From NCBI GenBank assembly GCA_964612055.1, contig CAZTBI010000001.1, positions 71,957-135,956 on the forward strand: DNA of 64,000 bases, in the 5' to 3' direction. A program made the position numbers and the translations under genes. The stretch comes from an uncultured Bdellovibrionales bacterium. Lineage in GTDB: Bacteria; Patescibacteriota; Minisyncoccia; Moranbacterales; UBA1568. Positions 9,562 to 19,143 of this stretch are shown piece after piece (positions within the stretch are counted from its first letter, which is position 1; each line of letters opens with the position of its first letter). Below the pieces are notes generated by a model. That model was not told the origin of the DNA, did not search any database, and worked only from the letters and a program-made list of their open reading frames with translations.

Positions 9562-9695
9562 AGCAAGCAACCTTTCAAAGTACCGCTTGCTTGCCCTGGC
9601 GTGGCAAGCTGCTCTACGCTTCCACCCGCACTCTTTTTCCTTCGGAAAAAACCATGCCCGTTCGGGTTCCAGGGTTACTTTGGAAGATTCTTGCT
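9562..9695 (+). repeat. structured intergenic repeat R1, copy 1 (candidate ncRNA)
   Basis: About 135 nt. It is about 90% identical outside the variable P3 hairpin to 49893..50037. It forms three hairpins inside a closing helix, with compensatory differences between copies. Confidence 0.6.
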
Positions 9696-9738
9696 GAAAG
9701 AAATTTGGCGTCTCAAGTGAGCTCCTTCGCTCTTTCAT

Positions 9739-12700
9739 TTAAGAAATTCTCTCAACACCATCAATCGTTTTAATCTGAGCAAGGTTGTCTTCGGTGGGGG
9801 CGACAGAAAAAGTGGTCTCGATAGTGGTGCTGGCAAGCTTCACGGAAACTTTCTTGGTGCCTGTTGGGAGAGTTTTGAGGAGCTTCGAGAGAGTCTCGAT
9901 GGTTTTAGTTGGTTCGCTTCCGCCGATAGTGATCATGAGCTTTTCTTTACTTTCTGCAGAAGGAACTGGCTCTGCAGCGCGAGGACGTTCCAGTTTGGTA
10001 CGAGTAGCTTCGGCGCGAGCGAAGTGTTGCAATGTATCAGGTGAGATTTTTTCTACTCCTTCAGCCAGACAACGTAGCTGACCTTCTTTGAAAGAGACTC
10101 GAGCATCGACGATGACGATCTCTCCAGGAATCCAAGAATCACCAGTCCGTTCAGCTGCTTTGCCAAAAACCAGCATCTCGACGCGACCCGTCATATCTTC
10201 GAGACCAACAAAGTACATGTTGCTTCCAGTTTTGGTGAGTACTTTGCGCACGGTCGTGATGACGCCGCCGAGGCGAACCCGAGCACCATCTCCTTGTTTC
10301 TCGAGGCTTCCGAGTGGAGTAGCAGTGCGGTTGAAGTAGGCTTGGTATTCGCTTGTTGGATGGTCGCTGACATAGAGACCGAGGAGTTCTTTTTCCCAAA
10401 CGAGACGGGTTTTCTTGTCAGCTTTAGCGGATGGAGCGAACTTTATCTTGCTGGCGGGCATAGCCATGCTGCCGAAGAGACTATCGGCATGAGTTTCTGA
10501 TATAGTTCTCAAATTTTTACCATGACGCAAGATAGCGTCGAGATTATCGAGGAGCATCTGGCGTTCACCGAAATCCTCCAGAGCACCGACCTTGATCAGG
10601 GCTTCGACGGATTTCCTGTTGAGATCTTTGGTCTGTACGCGTTCCACGAAGTCTTCGAGAGTCACATATTTGCCACCACGTTTCCGCTCGGCGACGATTT
10701 CGTTGGTCACGACGGAACCGACATTCTTTACGGCATTTAGCCCGAAGCGTAACCGTTCCGTCCCGTCATCATCGATGATCACTGAAAATTCCTCGAAACT
10801 TTCATTGACGGAAGGTGGCATGACTTCCAGGCCCATTTCCCGAGCCTCGGTCACTTCGATGGCAATACGATCAATGTTGTCTTGGTCGGACGTCAGGAGG
10901 GCGGCCATGAACTCTGTCGGGTAGTGCGCTTTCAAATAGGCAGTCTGATAACCGATCAAGGCGTAACAGGCAGCATGAGCGCGGTTGAAACCATAACGAG
11001 CGAACGGTTCGATAAAGTCCCAGACCTCTTCAGCCTGCTTCCGGGTGATATCGGGATTGCGGACAGCGCCACTGATAAATTTCTCGCGTTGCTCATCGAG
11101 AAGTTCCTTGATCTTCTTACCCACCGCCTTACGGAGGATGTCGGCCTCGGCATAGGAGAAGCCGGCGAACTTTCGGGCGATTTCGAGTACCTGGTCTTGG
11201 GTGACGATGACACCGTAGGTATTCTGCAAGATCGGCTCGAGGAGTGGATGAAGGTACGTCACCTTCTTCCGCCCGTGCTTGCTTTCGATGAAGTCGGGAA
11301 TAGCATCCATCGGACCAGGACGGTAGAGGGCGACCATCGCCAAGATGTCTTCGAAGACGGTTGGTTTCAACTGTTTCAAATAGCGTTTCATGCCTGAACT
11401 TTCCAACTGGAAGACTCCGGTAGTGTGAGCTTCCTGGAGCAGCTTGTACGAAGCAGTGTCGTCGAGTGGCAGGTGATCGAGAATAGCGGAAACAGCGGTG
11501 TTGTTCGGATCAATGCCAAGTTTTCCACACAGTTCCGGCATTTTCTTCAGGGCCTTGACGATGCGGAGGGTGTTTTGGATGATAGTGAGGTTTTTCAATC
11601 CCAAGAAGTCCATCTTGAGCAATCCAATCTTTTCGACAGCGTTTGATTTGGTTGATGCAGCGTACTGTGTCACGACCCCTTCTCGACTTCCGGAAACGCG
11701 TTGGAGAGGAGTGTATTCGGTGACTGGATCTTTGGTGATGACTACGCCGCAAGCATGCATCGAGGCATGACGGACCAAGCCTTCGAGTTTGAGAGCGGTA
11801 TCGATAAGTTTTTTGGCATCGGCATTTTCGCTGTACCATTGTTTGAATTCCGGTACTTCTTCGAGCGCTTTGGCGATCGAGGTGAACATCGGGATCATCT
11901 TTGATGTTTTGTCGCAGAAGTCGTAAGGGAGTCCGAGGGCGCGGCCGACATCACGCACAGCAGCTCGTGCAGCCATAGTTCCAAAGGTAATGATCTGTGC
12001 CACACGATCATTTCCGTATTTTTCCCGGACATAGTTCAAGACATCATCACGACGGTCATCGGCAAAGTCCATGTCGATATCTGGCATGGAGACACGCTCT
12101 GGGTTCAGGAAGCGTTCAAAAATGAGATTGAATGCTATCGGATCAACGTTGGTGATTCTGGTGAGGTAGGCAACGAACGATCCGGCAGCTGAACCGCGTC
12201 CTGGGCCGACGATGACCCCGTTATCCTTGGCCCAGTTGGTAAAGTCCTGGACGATCAAGAAGTATGAGGCAAAGCCCATCTTCTCGATAACGGAGAGCTC
12301 ATAGTCCATGCGCTCCCGCTCCACGGCTGTGGCCTCACGATCAGGATAGCGTTTTTTGAGACCGATTTCACAGAGTTCGCGCAGGGCGCTATCAGCTGTC
12401 ACGCCGGGAGGCAAGGGAAATTCTGGCAGATGATTTTCTCCCATTTGGATGGTGACGTTGCAGACATCGGCAATCTTCCCAGTATTCGTTATAGCCTCCG
12501 GGATGTCTTTGAAGATCTCAGCCATTTCTTCTCCTGAACGGAGTGAGAGGTCGAACTCTTTCATGCTGAAGCGTTCGTGATCCGTCACCTTCTTGTTGTC
12601 GCGGATACAAAGGAGAATATCTTGGGTTTCGGCGTGCTCTTTTTTGACATAGTGAACGTCGACAGCGGCGACCACGGGGATACCGGTTTCTTGACTGATC

Positions 12701-13275
12701 TGCACCAATCCCTGATTTACCGCAATCTGATTTTCGTTTTCAGTGTGTGGACCGAGTTCGAGGTAAAAATTATCCTTGCCAAAGATGTCCTGATACTCCA
12801 AGGCAATCGCTTTGGCACGTTCGTAGTTACCATAGACGATTTCGCTTGGAATTTCTCCCTGGAGTGACCCAGAAAGGGCGATCAGTCCGTCGTGGTATTG
12901 GCGCAGAAGTTTTTTGTCGGCTCGAGCCTTGTAGTAGAAGCCGTCGAGCTGAGCGACAGAGATGATCTTCATCAGGTTTTTGTAACCCCGATCATTTTTG
13001 GCGAGGAGCACGAGTTGGGTGCGTCTGCGATCTTCGCTGGTATTGTTCTTGCTGTAGAGGTCTTTGCAGACGTAGATTTCGGTTCCGATGATTGCTTTGA
13101 TACCGTATTCTTTGGCTTTGCTATAGAACTCCACGGCACCGTACATGGCGGAAGTGTCGGTCAGCGCGATGGACGTCATCCCGTACTCTTTGGCCTGCGC
13201 CAAGAGTTCCTCGATTTTCGGGAGAGCAGTGAGGAGGCTGTAGTGGGAGTGAACGTGGAGGTGAGTGAACGGCAT
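9739..13275 (-). CDS. dnaE: DNA polymerase III alpha subunit
   Basis: 1178 aa. N-terminal PHP domain (HLHVHSHYSLL), polymerase core, OB fold. Uninterrupted ORF. Confidence 0.95.
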   Translation of the reverse strand: MPFTHLHVHSHYSLLTALPKIEELLAQAKEYGMTSIALTDTSAMYGAVEFYSKAKEYGIKAIIGTEIYVCKDLYSKNNTSEDRRRTQLVLLAKNDRGYKNLMKIISVAQLDGFYYKARADKKLLRQYHDGLIALSGSLQGEIPSEIVYGNYERAKAIALEYQDIFGKDNFYLELGPHTENENQIAVNQGLVQISQETGIPVVAAVDVHYVKKEHAETQDILLCIRDNKKVTDHERFSMKEFDLSLRSGEEMAEIFKDIPEAITNTGKIADVCNVTIQMGENHLPEFPLPPGVTADSALRELCEIGLKKRYPDREATAVERERMDYELSVIEKMGFASYFLIVQDFTNWAKDNGVIVGPGRGSAAGSFVAYLTRITNVDPIAFNLIFERFLNPERVSMPDIDMDFADDRRDDVLNYVREKYGNDRVAQIITFGTMAARAAVRDVGRALGLPYDFCDKTSKMIPMFTSIAKALEEVPEFKQWYSENADAKKLIDTALKLEGLVRHASMHACGVVITKDPVTEYTPLQRVSGSREGVVTQYAASTKSNAVEKIGLLKMDFLGLKNLTIIQNTLRIVKALKKMPELCGKLGIDPNNTAVSAILDHLPLDDTASYKLLQEAHTTGVFQLESSGMKRYLKQLKPTVFEDILAMVALYRPGPMDAIPDFIESKHGRKKVTYLHPLLEPILQNTYGVIVTQDQVLEIARKFAGFSYAEADILRKAVGKKIKELLDEQREKFISGAVRNPDITRKQAEEVWDFIEPFARYGFNRAHAACYALIGYQTAYLKAHYPTEFMAALLTSDQDNIDRIAIEVTEAREMGLEVMPPSVNESFEEFSVIIDDDGTERLRFGLNAVKNVGSVVTNEIVAERKRGGKYVTLEDFVERVQTKDLNRKSVEALIKVGALEDFGERQMLLDNLDAILRHGKNLRTISETHADSLFGSMAMPASKIKFAPSAKADKKTRLVWEKELLGLYVSDHPTSEYQAYFNRTATPLGSLEKQGDGARVRLGGVITTVRKVLTKTGSNMYFVGLEDMTGRVEMLVFGKAAERTGDSWIPGEIVIVDARVSFKEGQLRCLAEGVEKISPDTLQHFARAEATRTKLERPRAAEPVPSAESKEKLMITIGGSEPTKTIETLSKLLKTLPTGTKKVSVKLASTTIETTFSVAPTEDNLAQIKTIDGVERIS

Positions 13276-13425
13276 AATTCAGAAATCAAGCAAACAAAAA
13301 ACCAGACTTATAAAAGCTGGAGGTGCGAAGGGTGTAGTTTTTCATAGCGTTGTATTCCCTCATAGCCCAGGATATACCATTGGGTTCTGCAGAGAAGTTA
13401 TCTGTGCATAGTATATAATGAAGCT

Positions 13426-14130
13426 ATGCAAACGACAACCTTTGAAAAAGAGCGGGAAATTATCTCAAGAGGAGAGGTTTTTGTTGTTGGGGTAGATGAG
13501 GCGGGACGAGGGCCTTTGTGCGGGCCAGTGGTCGCAGCGGCAGTGTATTATAAGCGTCCGGACTTTATCATTCCTCCGGAACTTGAAAAAGACTTTACTC
13601 TGATTCGTGATTCGAAGAAGCTTTCTGAAAAGCAACGAGAAAAAATATTTTCTCTAATCCAAGAACACTTTCATGTCGGGGTTGGTATTGTGAATGCCGA
13701 AACCATTGATCGGGTGAATATTTTGCAGGCAACATTTCTGGCTATGAAGACGGCTCTATCTGATTTATTGCGTTCTATACCGGAAGCACGCGGGAAAGAA
13801 TATCTTTTAGTTGATGGGAATCAGCTTCTCCCGAGTTTCTCTGGGGCGCAGGAAGCGGTAGTATCGGGTGACAGTACGGTGAAGTCTATTGCGGCTGCGT
13901 CGATCATAGCCAAGGTGACGCGAGACCGGTTGATTACGGAATATGACCAGGAGTATCCGCAGTATGGCTTTGCTCGACATAAGGGCTACGGCACCAAGGA
14001 GCATATGGATTCGCTTCGCAAGTATGGCCCGAGTCCAATCCATCGTATGTCTTTTAAACCGGTACTTCTTTCTATTCCCGAGAATGCCAACAAGCGGTTC
14101 TCAAGTGTCTTGAAACCGAAGAAGAAGTAA
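13426..14130 (+). CDS. rnhB: ribonuclease HII
   Basis: GVDEAGRGPLCGPVVAAAV...LVDGN...GDSTVKSIAAASIIAKVTRD gives the catalytic DEDD motifs of RNase HII. Confidence 0.9.
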   Translation: MQTTTFEKEREIISRGEVFVVGVDEAGRGPLCGPVVAAAVYYKRPDFIIPPELEKDFTLIRDSKKLSEKQREKIFSLIQEHFHVGVGIVNAETIDRVNILQATFLAMKTALSDLLRSIPEARGKEYLLVDGNQLLPSFSGAQEAVVSGDSTVKSIAAASIIAKVTRDRLITEYDQEYPQYGFARHKGYGTKEHMDSLRKYGPSPIHRMSFKPVLLSIPENANKRFSSVLKPKKK

Positions 14131-14131
14131 G

Positions 14132-14271
14132 AACTCCGTGTTCCCAGAAATTCCCTTGTGCCACAAAAACACCAGCATGTTTTTGTTACTCTTCACCGAA
14201 ACTTTTCAGAAGACTGAAAAGACCATGCTTTCGGCTCCAGGCGTGCCCAAGGGAACTCCGGGAACACGGAG
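14132..14271 (+). other. structured intergenic element with 25-nt long-range inverted repeat (possible rpmF leader / small RNA)
   Basis: 5' arm aactccgtgttcccagaaattcccttg pairs with 3' arm caagggaactccgggaacacggag. Internal hairpins caaaaac/gtttttg and cttttcag/ctgaaaag. Confidence 0.4.
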
Positions 14272-14352
14272 CGCAGAGCCTGAGTCTTGCCAAAAGGGAA
14301 ATCCCGTGTTACATTGAGAGCAACGTAAATTTTCAGAGGAACCGTTACTGTT

Positions 14353-14559
14353 ATGGCTCTACCAAAGCAAAGACATACAAGGCATCGTCGTGATCGTGCT
14401 CGTAAGCAGTACGATGTAAAGTTGGTGAATACCAAAGAGTGTCCGAAGTGTAAGGCTCCTGTTTTGGGACACCGTGCATGCCCAGCTTGTGGTTTTTACA
14501 AAGGAAAAGAAGTGGTCAAAATGGCTCCGAAACTGGAAACATCCAAAAAGTCTGCCTAG
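14353..14559 (+). CDS. rpmF: 50S ribosomal protein L32
   Basis: MALPKQRHTRHRRDRARKQYD...CPKCKAPVLGHRACPACGFYKGKEV is L32 with a CxxC..CxxC zinc ribbon. GAGGA Shine-Dalgarno sits upstream. Confidence 0.92.
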   Translation: MALPKQRHTRHRRDRARKQYDVKLVNTKECPKCKAPVLGHRACPACGFYKGKEVVKMAPKLETSKKSA

Positions 14560-14666
14560 AAACCCCTCGATCCCTGCCCGCCTCTGGAGGGTTTGCTCAA
14601 TTATGTTTATAATAGAGCTATACAGAGTAGGGTAGTAATTTTTGGGTTTCTAGCAGCAAAACAAAA

Positions 14667-15242
14667 ATGGCAAACCGGCATCTTCAAAGATCAGTAGCAA
14701 TGCAGTCACTCTTCGAGTGGGATTTTTTGGGCAAGCAAGATGATCATGCGCGTGATATCTTGAAGCACAATATTGCTGAATTCGCTCCGGGTCTTGAAGA
14801 CACTATTTTTGCTGAGCACCTGATGGAAGGGACGCTTCGTGAGCGTGCTACGATCGATAAGCTTATTGAAAAGTGTGCTCCAGAATGGCCACTTGAGCAG
14901 GTAACAGTCGTGGATAGAAATGTCTTGCGTCTTGGTATCTACGAGCTCATGTTTGGGAACTATGAGGAAGTGCCGCCGAAAGTAGCGATCAACGAGGCCA
15001 TCGAACTGGCCAAGACCTTTGGGAGCGATGCTAGTCCGCGTTTTGTGAATGGAGTTTTGGGAACGATTTATCGTGAGATGGGCGAGCCGATGAAGGATGA
15101 TGTTTCCCAGAATCACAAGCATGGAGAAGGAGCTCATCCGAAAGAAGAAACTGTCTCTCCAGATGATGAAAAGAAAATAAAGAAGCCTGCCAAGACTGCT
15201 CCGAAAGGAAAGTCCGCTGTTTCCCATAAGAAAGAGAAGTAG
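14667..15242 (+). CDS. nusB: transcription antitermination factor NusB (with Lys-rich C-terminal tail)
   Basis: NusB fold motifs (RxxAxQxLFxW, RFVNGVLG). The protein has an extra roughly 50-aa basic tail. Confidence 0.85.
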   Translation: MANRHLQRSVAMQSLFEWDFLGKQDDHARDILKHNIAEFAPGLEDTIFAEHLMEGTLRERATIDKLIEKCAPEWPLEQVTVVDRNVLRLGIYELMFGNYEEVPPKVAINEAIELAKTFGSDASPRFVNGVLGTIYREMGEPMKDDVSQNHKHGEGAHPKEETVSPDDEKKIKKPAKTAPKGKSAVSHKKEK

Positions 15243-15288
15243 GCGCTCATGTTGGCGCCTTTTTCATAAGAACAATGACTGAAAAGGT

Positions 15289-15987
15289 ATGAATAGAGAG
15301 ATTGATATCGAAAAACTGAAGAAAGATTTGGGGATTGAAGTGCGTCAGATTGCTTTGTTTCAAGAAGCGTTGACTCACCGTTCCTACCTCAATGAACACA
15401 AGGGGTACCAGTATCCTCACAATGAACGCCTGGAATTTTTGGGTGATGCGGTATTGGAATTGGTGGTGACAGAAAATTTGTTTCACAATTACGAGAATCC
15501 GGAAGGGGAGCTCACGAGTTTTCGAGCCGCCTTGGTTAATGGCGATATGCTGGCCAAGATCGGTCGTGATTTGGGGATGCAAGATTTCCTGCTTATGAGT
15601 CGGGGAGAGGCCAAGGATACCGGTCGGGCTCGGGGGTATTTGGTGGCTAACGCGGTAGAAGCGATCATCGGAGCACTCTACCTTGATCAGGGCTACGATG
15701 CAGCCAAAGACTTTATTTTAAAATACGTCATGAGTCATTTGCCGGAGGTCTTTGAACAGGGACTTCATACGGATGCCAAAAGTCGTTTTCAGGAGTTGGC
15801 TCAGGAAAAAATGGGCATTACTCCGGGGTATCGAGTCATCAAGGAGTGGGGACCGGATCACGACCGACATTTCATTGCCGGAGTTTATTTGGGCGAAGAG
15901 AAGATCGCCGAAGGAGAGGGCGCTTCCAAGCAGGAATCACAACGCGAAGCCGCTAAACAAGCTCTTATCGCCAAAGGCTGGCAGTAA
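15289..15987 (+). CDS. rnc: ribonuclease III
   Basis: RNase III signature ERLEFLGDAVLELVV plus a C-terminal dsRBD. Confidence 0.93.
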   Translation: MNREIDIEKLKKDLGIEVRQIALFQEALTHRSYLNEHKGYQYPHNERLEFLGDAVLELVVTENLFHNYENPEGELTSFRAALVNGDMLAKIGRDLGMQDFLLMSRGEAKDTGRARGYLVANAVEAIIGALYLDQGYDAAKDFILKYVMSHLPEVFEQGLHTDAKSRFQELAQEKMGITPGYRVIKEWGPDHDRHFIAGVYLGEEKIAEGEGASKQESQREAAKQALIAKGWQ

Positions 15988-16049
15988 ATCGCTTGCGGTT
16001 TCTAGCTTTCAGGAAAGTCTCGAAAGAGACTTTTTTCTTTTGGTTGAAA

Positions 16050-18401
16050 ATGCTTTATAATGAAGAAAAGTCGTTCTGGCTTTTCTTTTTGAATTTTACT
16101 TCACCTTCCGTGTATCTCAAGAAACTCGAAATTAGTGGCTTTAAGTCTTTTGCCAATAAGACGACTTTGGATTTTCTGCCGGAATGCAATATTGCCGAAG
16201 GAGGCAAGTGCGGTATTACGGCGATTGTGGGGCCCAATGGCTCTGGAAAGTCCAACGTGGCTGATGCTATTCGGTGGGCTATTGGTGAGCAGTCATCGAA
16301 AAACTTGCGTGGTAAGAAATCGGAAGACGTTATCTTTGCCGGGACAGATAAGAAAACGCGCCTCGGAGCCGCTTCGGTGACGCTCTATTTTGATAACTCT
16401 GACAAGCGTATCCCAATTGAGTTTGCGGAGGTTTCGATCACACGCAAGATTTATCGGAGCGGTGAAAGCGAATACCTGATCAACGGTTCACGAGTCCGTC
16501 TCATGGACATCGTGGATTTATTGGCCAAAGCCGGTATCGGCAAGGACAGCTACTGTGTTATCACTCAGGGTATGTCTGATGCCGTGCTCAATGCGACGCC
16601 GATTGAGCGGCGTGCTATTTTCGAGGACGCAGCCGGCGTGAAGCAATACCAGATTGAAAAAGAGCGAGCCCTGCGGAAACTGGAAAGTACTCGGGAAAAT
16701 CTGGTGCGTGTCGATGCGCTGACCACGGAGATCGAGCCGCATCTGAAGAATCTCCGTCGTCAGGCAGAAAAGGCATCCCAAGGAAAGGATATTGCCCTCA
16801 AATTACGAGAGAAACAAGTGCTTCTCTATAGTTACCTCTGGGATAACTTTCAGGGAGAGCGAGGGAAGCTCGCGGGAGAGCGTGATGTTTTGCAAAAGTC
16901 AGTTTTTGATATCGAAGTCGAAACCAATACGCTCCAGCGGGAAGTGACGGAAGCTTCGGCGACCATGGAAGATCAGAGCAAGGAAGAGAATATCAATACC
17001 GAATTATCAAAATTGCGTGAGGAGGCGAATACGCTCCTGCGTGATCGCAGTGTCGTCGAAGGAAAAATTGAGATCGAAAAGGAGAAACAAAAGGAACAGG
17101 AAGTTATCCGGGTGATACCGGTCGATTTGAACTATGTCCGCAAAGCGCTTGATGAAATTCGGACCCATCAAGCTGAATTGATCGATCGTATCCAGCATGT
17201 TGAAAAACTAGAAGATCTGCAGGATATCCGGGAATTTGCTCAGGTGATTAAGCAGAAACTCCATGACCTGGACCAGAAGGCTGGCGAGGGCAGTGTCAAA
17301 GAAAAGAAGGTGATTGCTCTGCCAGATGATGAAAAGAAAGCGAGTGACGAACGTTTGGCTCAGTATGAAGCAGAAAAGAAGATGCTTAATACCAAACTCG
17401 AGCAGGCACAGAAACTCTTGTCTCAGAAGGAGAGTGAATTGCAGATGATTCGAGAAGTCAGTCGTACGAGTCGAGAGACCTTCTTTACGAAAGAAAAATT
17501 GTGGCGTGAAAAGGAAAGACAGTTGACGCTGCTCAAGGATCAGCTGAATGAGGTGAAGGTGCGTTTGGCGCGTGTCGAAGTACGCGAAGAGGATCTGGTG
17601 ACATTAGTACGCGAAGAGCTTTCCGTGAAGCCCGATGATTTGAAATACGACGGTACAGCCGTGGAACGCGAAAAACTAGAACGTGAAATTGCCCGGCTCA
17701 AGGTGGAGGTGGAGCATATTGGCACTATCGATCCATTAGTAGTGGAAGAATACCAAGAAACAGAAGAGCGTTTCCAATTTTTGACTCGTGAATCAGCTGA
17801 TTTGAAACAGGCGAGTGAGTCATTACGGGTGGTGGTGAAAGAAATGGATCAAAAGATCGATAGCGTGTTCCAGGACGCCTTCAAAGAAATTCGGAAGAAA
17901 TTTGAAGCCTACTTCAAGATTATTTTTGCTGGTGGCAAGGCGGAACTTGATATCGTGAAAATAAAGCGGCGCAAAAGTGCGGAAGAAGATGGTGAAGAAG
18001 TGGAATCAGAAGAAGAGTCTGAAGAAGATGATCAGTTTGGTATTGAGATTTTTGCCTGTCCTCCTGGGAAGAAAATTACCAACCTTTCGATGTTGTCTGG
18101 CGGAGAGCGCTCTCTAACGTCACTGGCTCTTCTCTTTGCTATTATTTCCCACAATCCGCCACCGTTTGCCGTGCTTGATGAAGTGGAGGCGGCTCTCGAC
18201 GAGGCGAATTCCCGACGTTTTTCCAAGATGCTTCAAGAGCTCTCTGATCACACTCAGTTTATTGCGATTACTCATAACCGTGAGACTATGGCTCAAGCCG
18301 GGCTGCTCTACGGTGTCACTATGGGTGCCGATGGTGTTTCCCAGCTTCTCTCAATCCGTCTCGATCAAATAGGGGAGGGCGGGAAACTGGCAGTAAAGTA
18401 A
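16050..18401 (+). CDS. smc: chromosome segregation protein SMC, unusually short (~765-785 aa)
   Basis: N-terminal head LEISGFKSFA...GPNGSGKSNVADAIRWAIG. C-terminal head LSGGERSLTSLALLFAI...FAVLDEVEAALDEAN. The coiled coil is about half the usual length. Start is ATG 16050 or GTG 16110. Confidence 0.85.
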   Translation: MLYNEEKSFWLFFLNFTSPSVYLKKLEISGFKSFANKTTLDFLPECNIAEGGKCGITAIVGPNGSGKSNVADAIRWAIGEQSSKNLRGKKSEDVIFAGTDKKTRLGAASVTLYFDNSDKRIPIEFAEVSITRKIYRSGESEYLINGSRVRLMDIVDLLAKAGIGKDSYCVITQGMSDAVLNATPIERRAIFEDAAGVKQYQIEKERALRKLESTRENLVRVDALTTEIEPHLKNLRRQAEKASQGKDIALKLREKQVLLYSYLWDNFQGERGKLAGERDVLQKSVFDIEVETNTLQREVTEASATMEDQSKEENINTELSKLREEANTLLRDRSVVEGKIEIEKEKQKEQEVIRVIPVDLNYVRKALDEIRTHQAELIDRIQHVEKLEDLQDIREFAQVIKQKLHDLDQKAGEGSVKEKKVIALPDDEKKASDERLAQYEAEKKMLNTKLEQAQKLLSQKESELQMIREVSRTSRETFFTKEKLWREKERQLTLLKDQLNEVKVRLARVEVREEDLVTLVREELSVKPDDLKYDGTAVEREKLEREIARLKVEVEHIGTIDPLVVEEYQETEERFQFLTRESADLKQASESLRVVVKEMDQKIDSVFQDAFKEIRKKFEAYFKIIFAGGKAELDIVKIKRRKSAEEDGEEVESEEESEEDDQFGIEIFACPPGKKITNLSMLSGGERSLTSLALLFAIISHNPPPFAVLDEVEAALDEANSRRFSKMLQELSDHTQFIAITHNRETMAQAGLLYGVTMGADGVSQLLSIRLDQIGEGGKLAVK

Positions 18402-18415
18402 AAAGCACCCTTTTG

Positions 18416-18444
18416 TTGACAGAGATCGAGAAATGGGCTAGAAT
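18416..18444 (+). promoter_or_regulatory. sigma70-type promoter (TTGACA-17-TAGAAT) for rpsP
   Basis: Consensus -35, 17-nt spacer and near-consensus -10, about 57 nt upstream of the rpsP ATG. Confidence 0.6.
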
Positions 18445-18501
18445 GGGCTTTGTACCCTCCACAGGCGGGTAAATATCTCTAAAATCTTGTAGTTATCTGA
18501 T

Positions 18502-18954
18502 ATGTTGGCTATCCGTCTCAACCGTACAGGCAAAAGAAACCGCGCTCATTTCCGAGTGGTGGTGCAAGAACATACCAAGGCTCCTGGAAAGCGTCATGTG
18601 GAGATCGTAGGAAGCTATGATCCACACAAGAAAACCACGATCCTCAACAAAGATCGTATTTTGTACTGGGTTTCTCAGGGCGCTCAGGTTTCTGATGCTG
18701 TGCATAATATGCTCGTTCGTGAAGGTATCGTTGAGGCTAAGAAGATTGCCAAGAAAATGCCTCGTCCAGTAGTGAAGGAAGCTCCAGTTGCTGAGGTTGC
18801 GCCAGCTGAAGAAGTAAAGGCTGAAGAGGTTCCTGTCGCCGAGACCGCGTCAGTAGTTGAGGCTGCTCCCGTCGCCGAGGCTACGCCTGCCGAAGCAGAA
18901 GTGACTCCAGTAGCTGAAGAGCCTGCTGCTCCTGAAACAGAACCAAAGGCCTAA
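18502..18954 (+). CDS. rpsP: 30S ribosomal protein S16 with low-complexity Ala/Glu/Val/Pro-rich C-terminal extension
   Basis: MLAIRLNRTGKRNRAHFRVVV...SYDPH is canonical S16 (about 80 aa). It is followed by a roughly 70-aa repeat-like tail (AEVAPAEEVKAEEVPVAE...). Confidence 0.9.
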   Translation: MLAIRLNRTGKRNRAHFRVVVQEHTKAPGKRHVEIVGSYDPHKKTTILNKDRILYWVSQGAQVSDAVHNMLVREGIVEAKKIAKKMPRPVVKEAPVAEVAPAEEVKAEEVPVAETASVVEAAPVAEATPAEAEVTPVAEEPAAPETEPKA

Positions 18955-19143
18955 GGCTTGACGATAAGTAAGAAAGAGCGTACCCTAGGTATACAACCAA
19001 ATACTCCGTAGACATGAGGCAGCGCCTAAGCGCAGAAGTCCCTCACGAGGAAACACTCTCGATGACAGTCGAAAAGATAGCGTCAAGAGTAAGATTCTTC
19101 GAAGTCTGCGGTCATACCGCAGATTTTTGTTTTAGAAAAAATT
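18955..19143 (+). promoter_or_regulatory. rplJ (L10) leader with terminator-like attenuator hairpin
   Basis: 190-nt untranslated leader. Hairpin tctgcgg-tcata-ccgcaga (19105..19123) followed by TTTTTGTTTT, 11 nt before the rplJ start. Confidence 0.5.

Noticed and set aside
9785-13347. Multiple plus-strand ORFs (98-171 aa) inside the dnaE region
   Set aside because: All lie antisense within the intact 1178-aa dnaE reading frame and have no recognisable motifs. They are treated as chance ORFs.
14193-14435. 80-aa minus-strand ORF overlapping the structured element and rpmF
   Set aside because: It overlaps the well-supported L32 gene and a palindromic region. It starts at a non-ATG codon.
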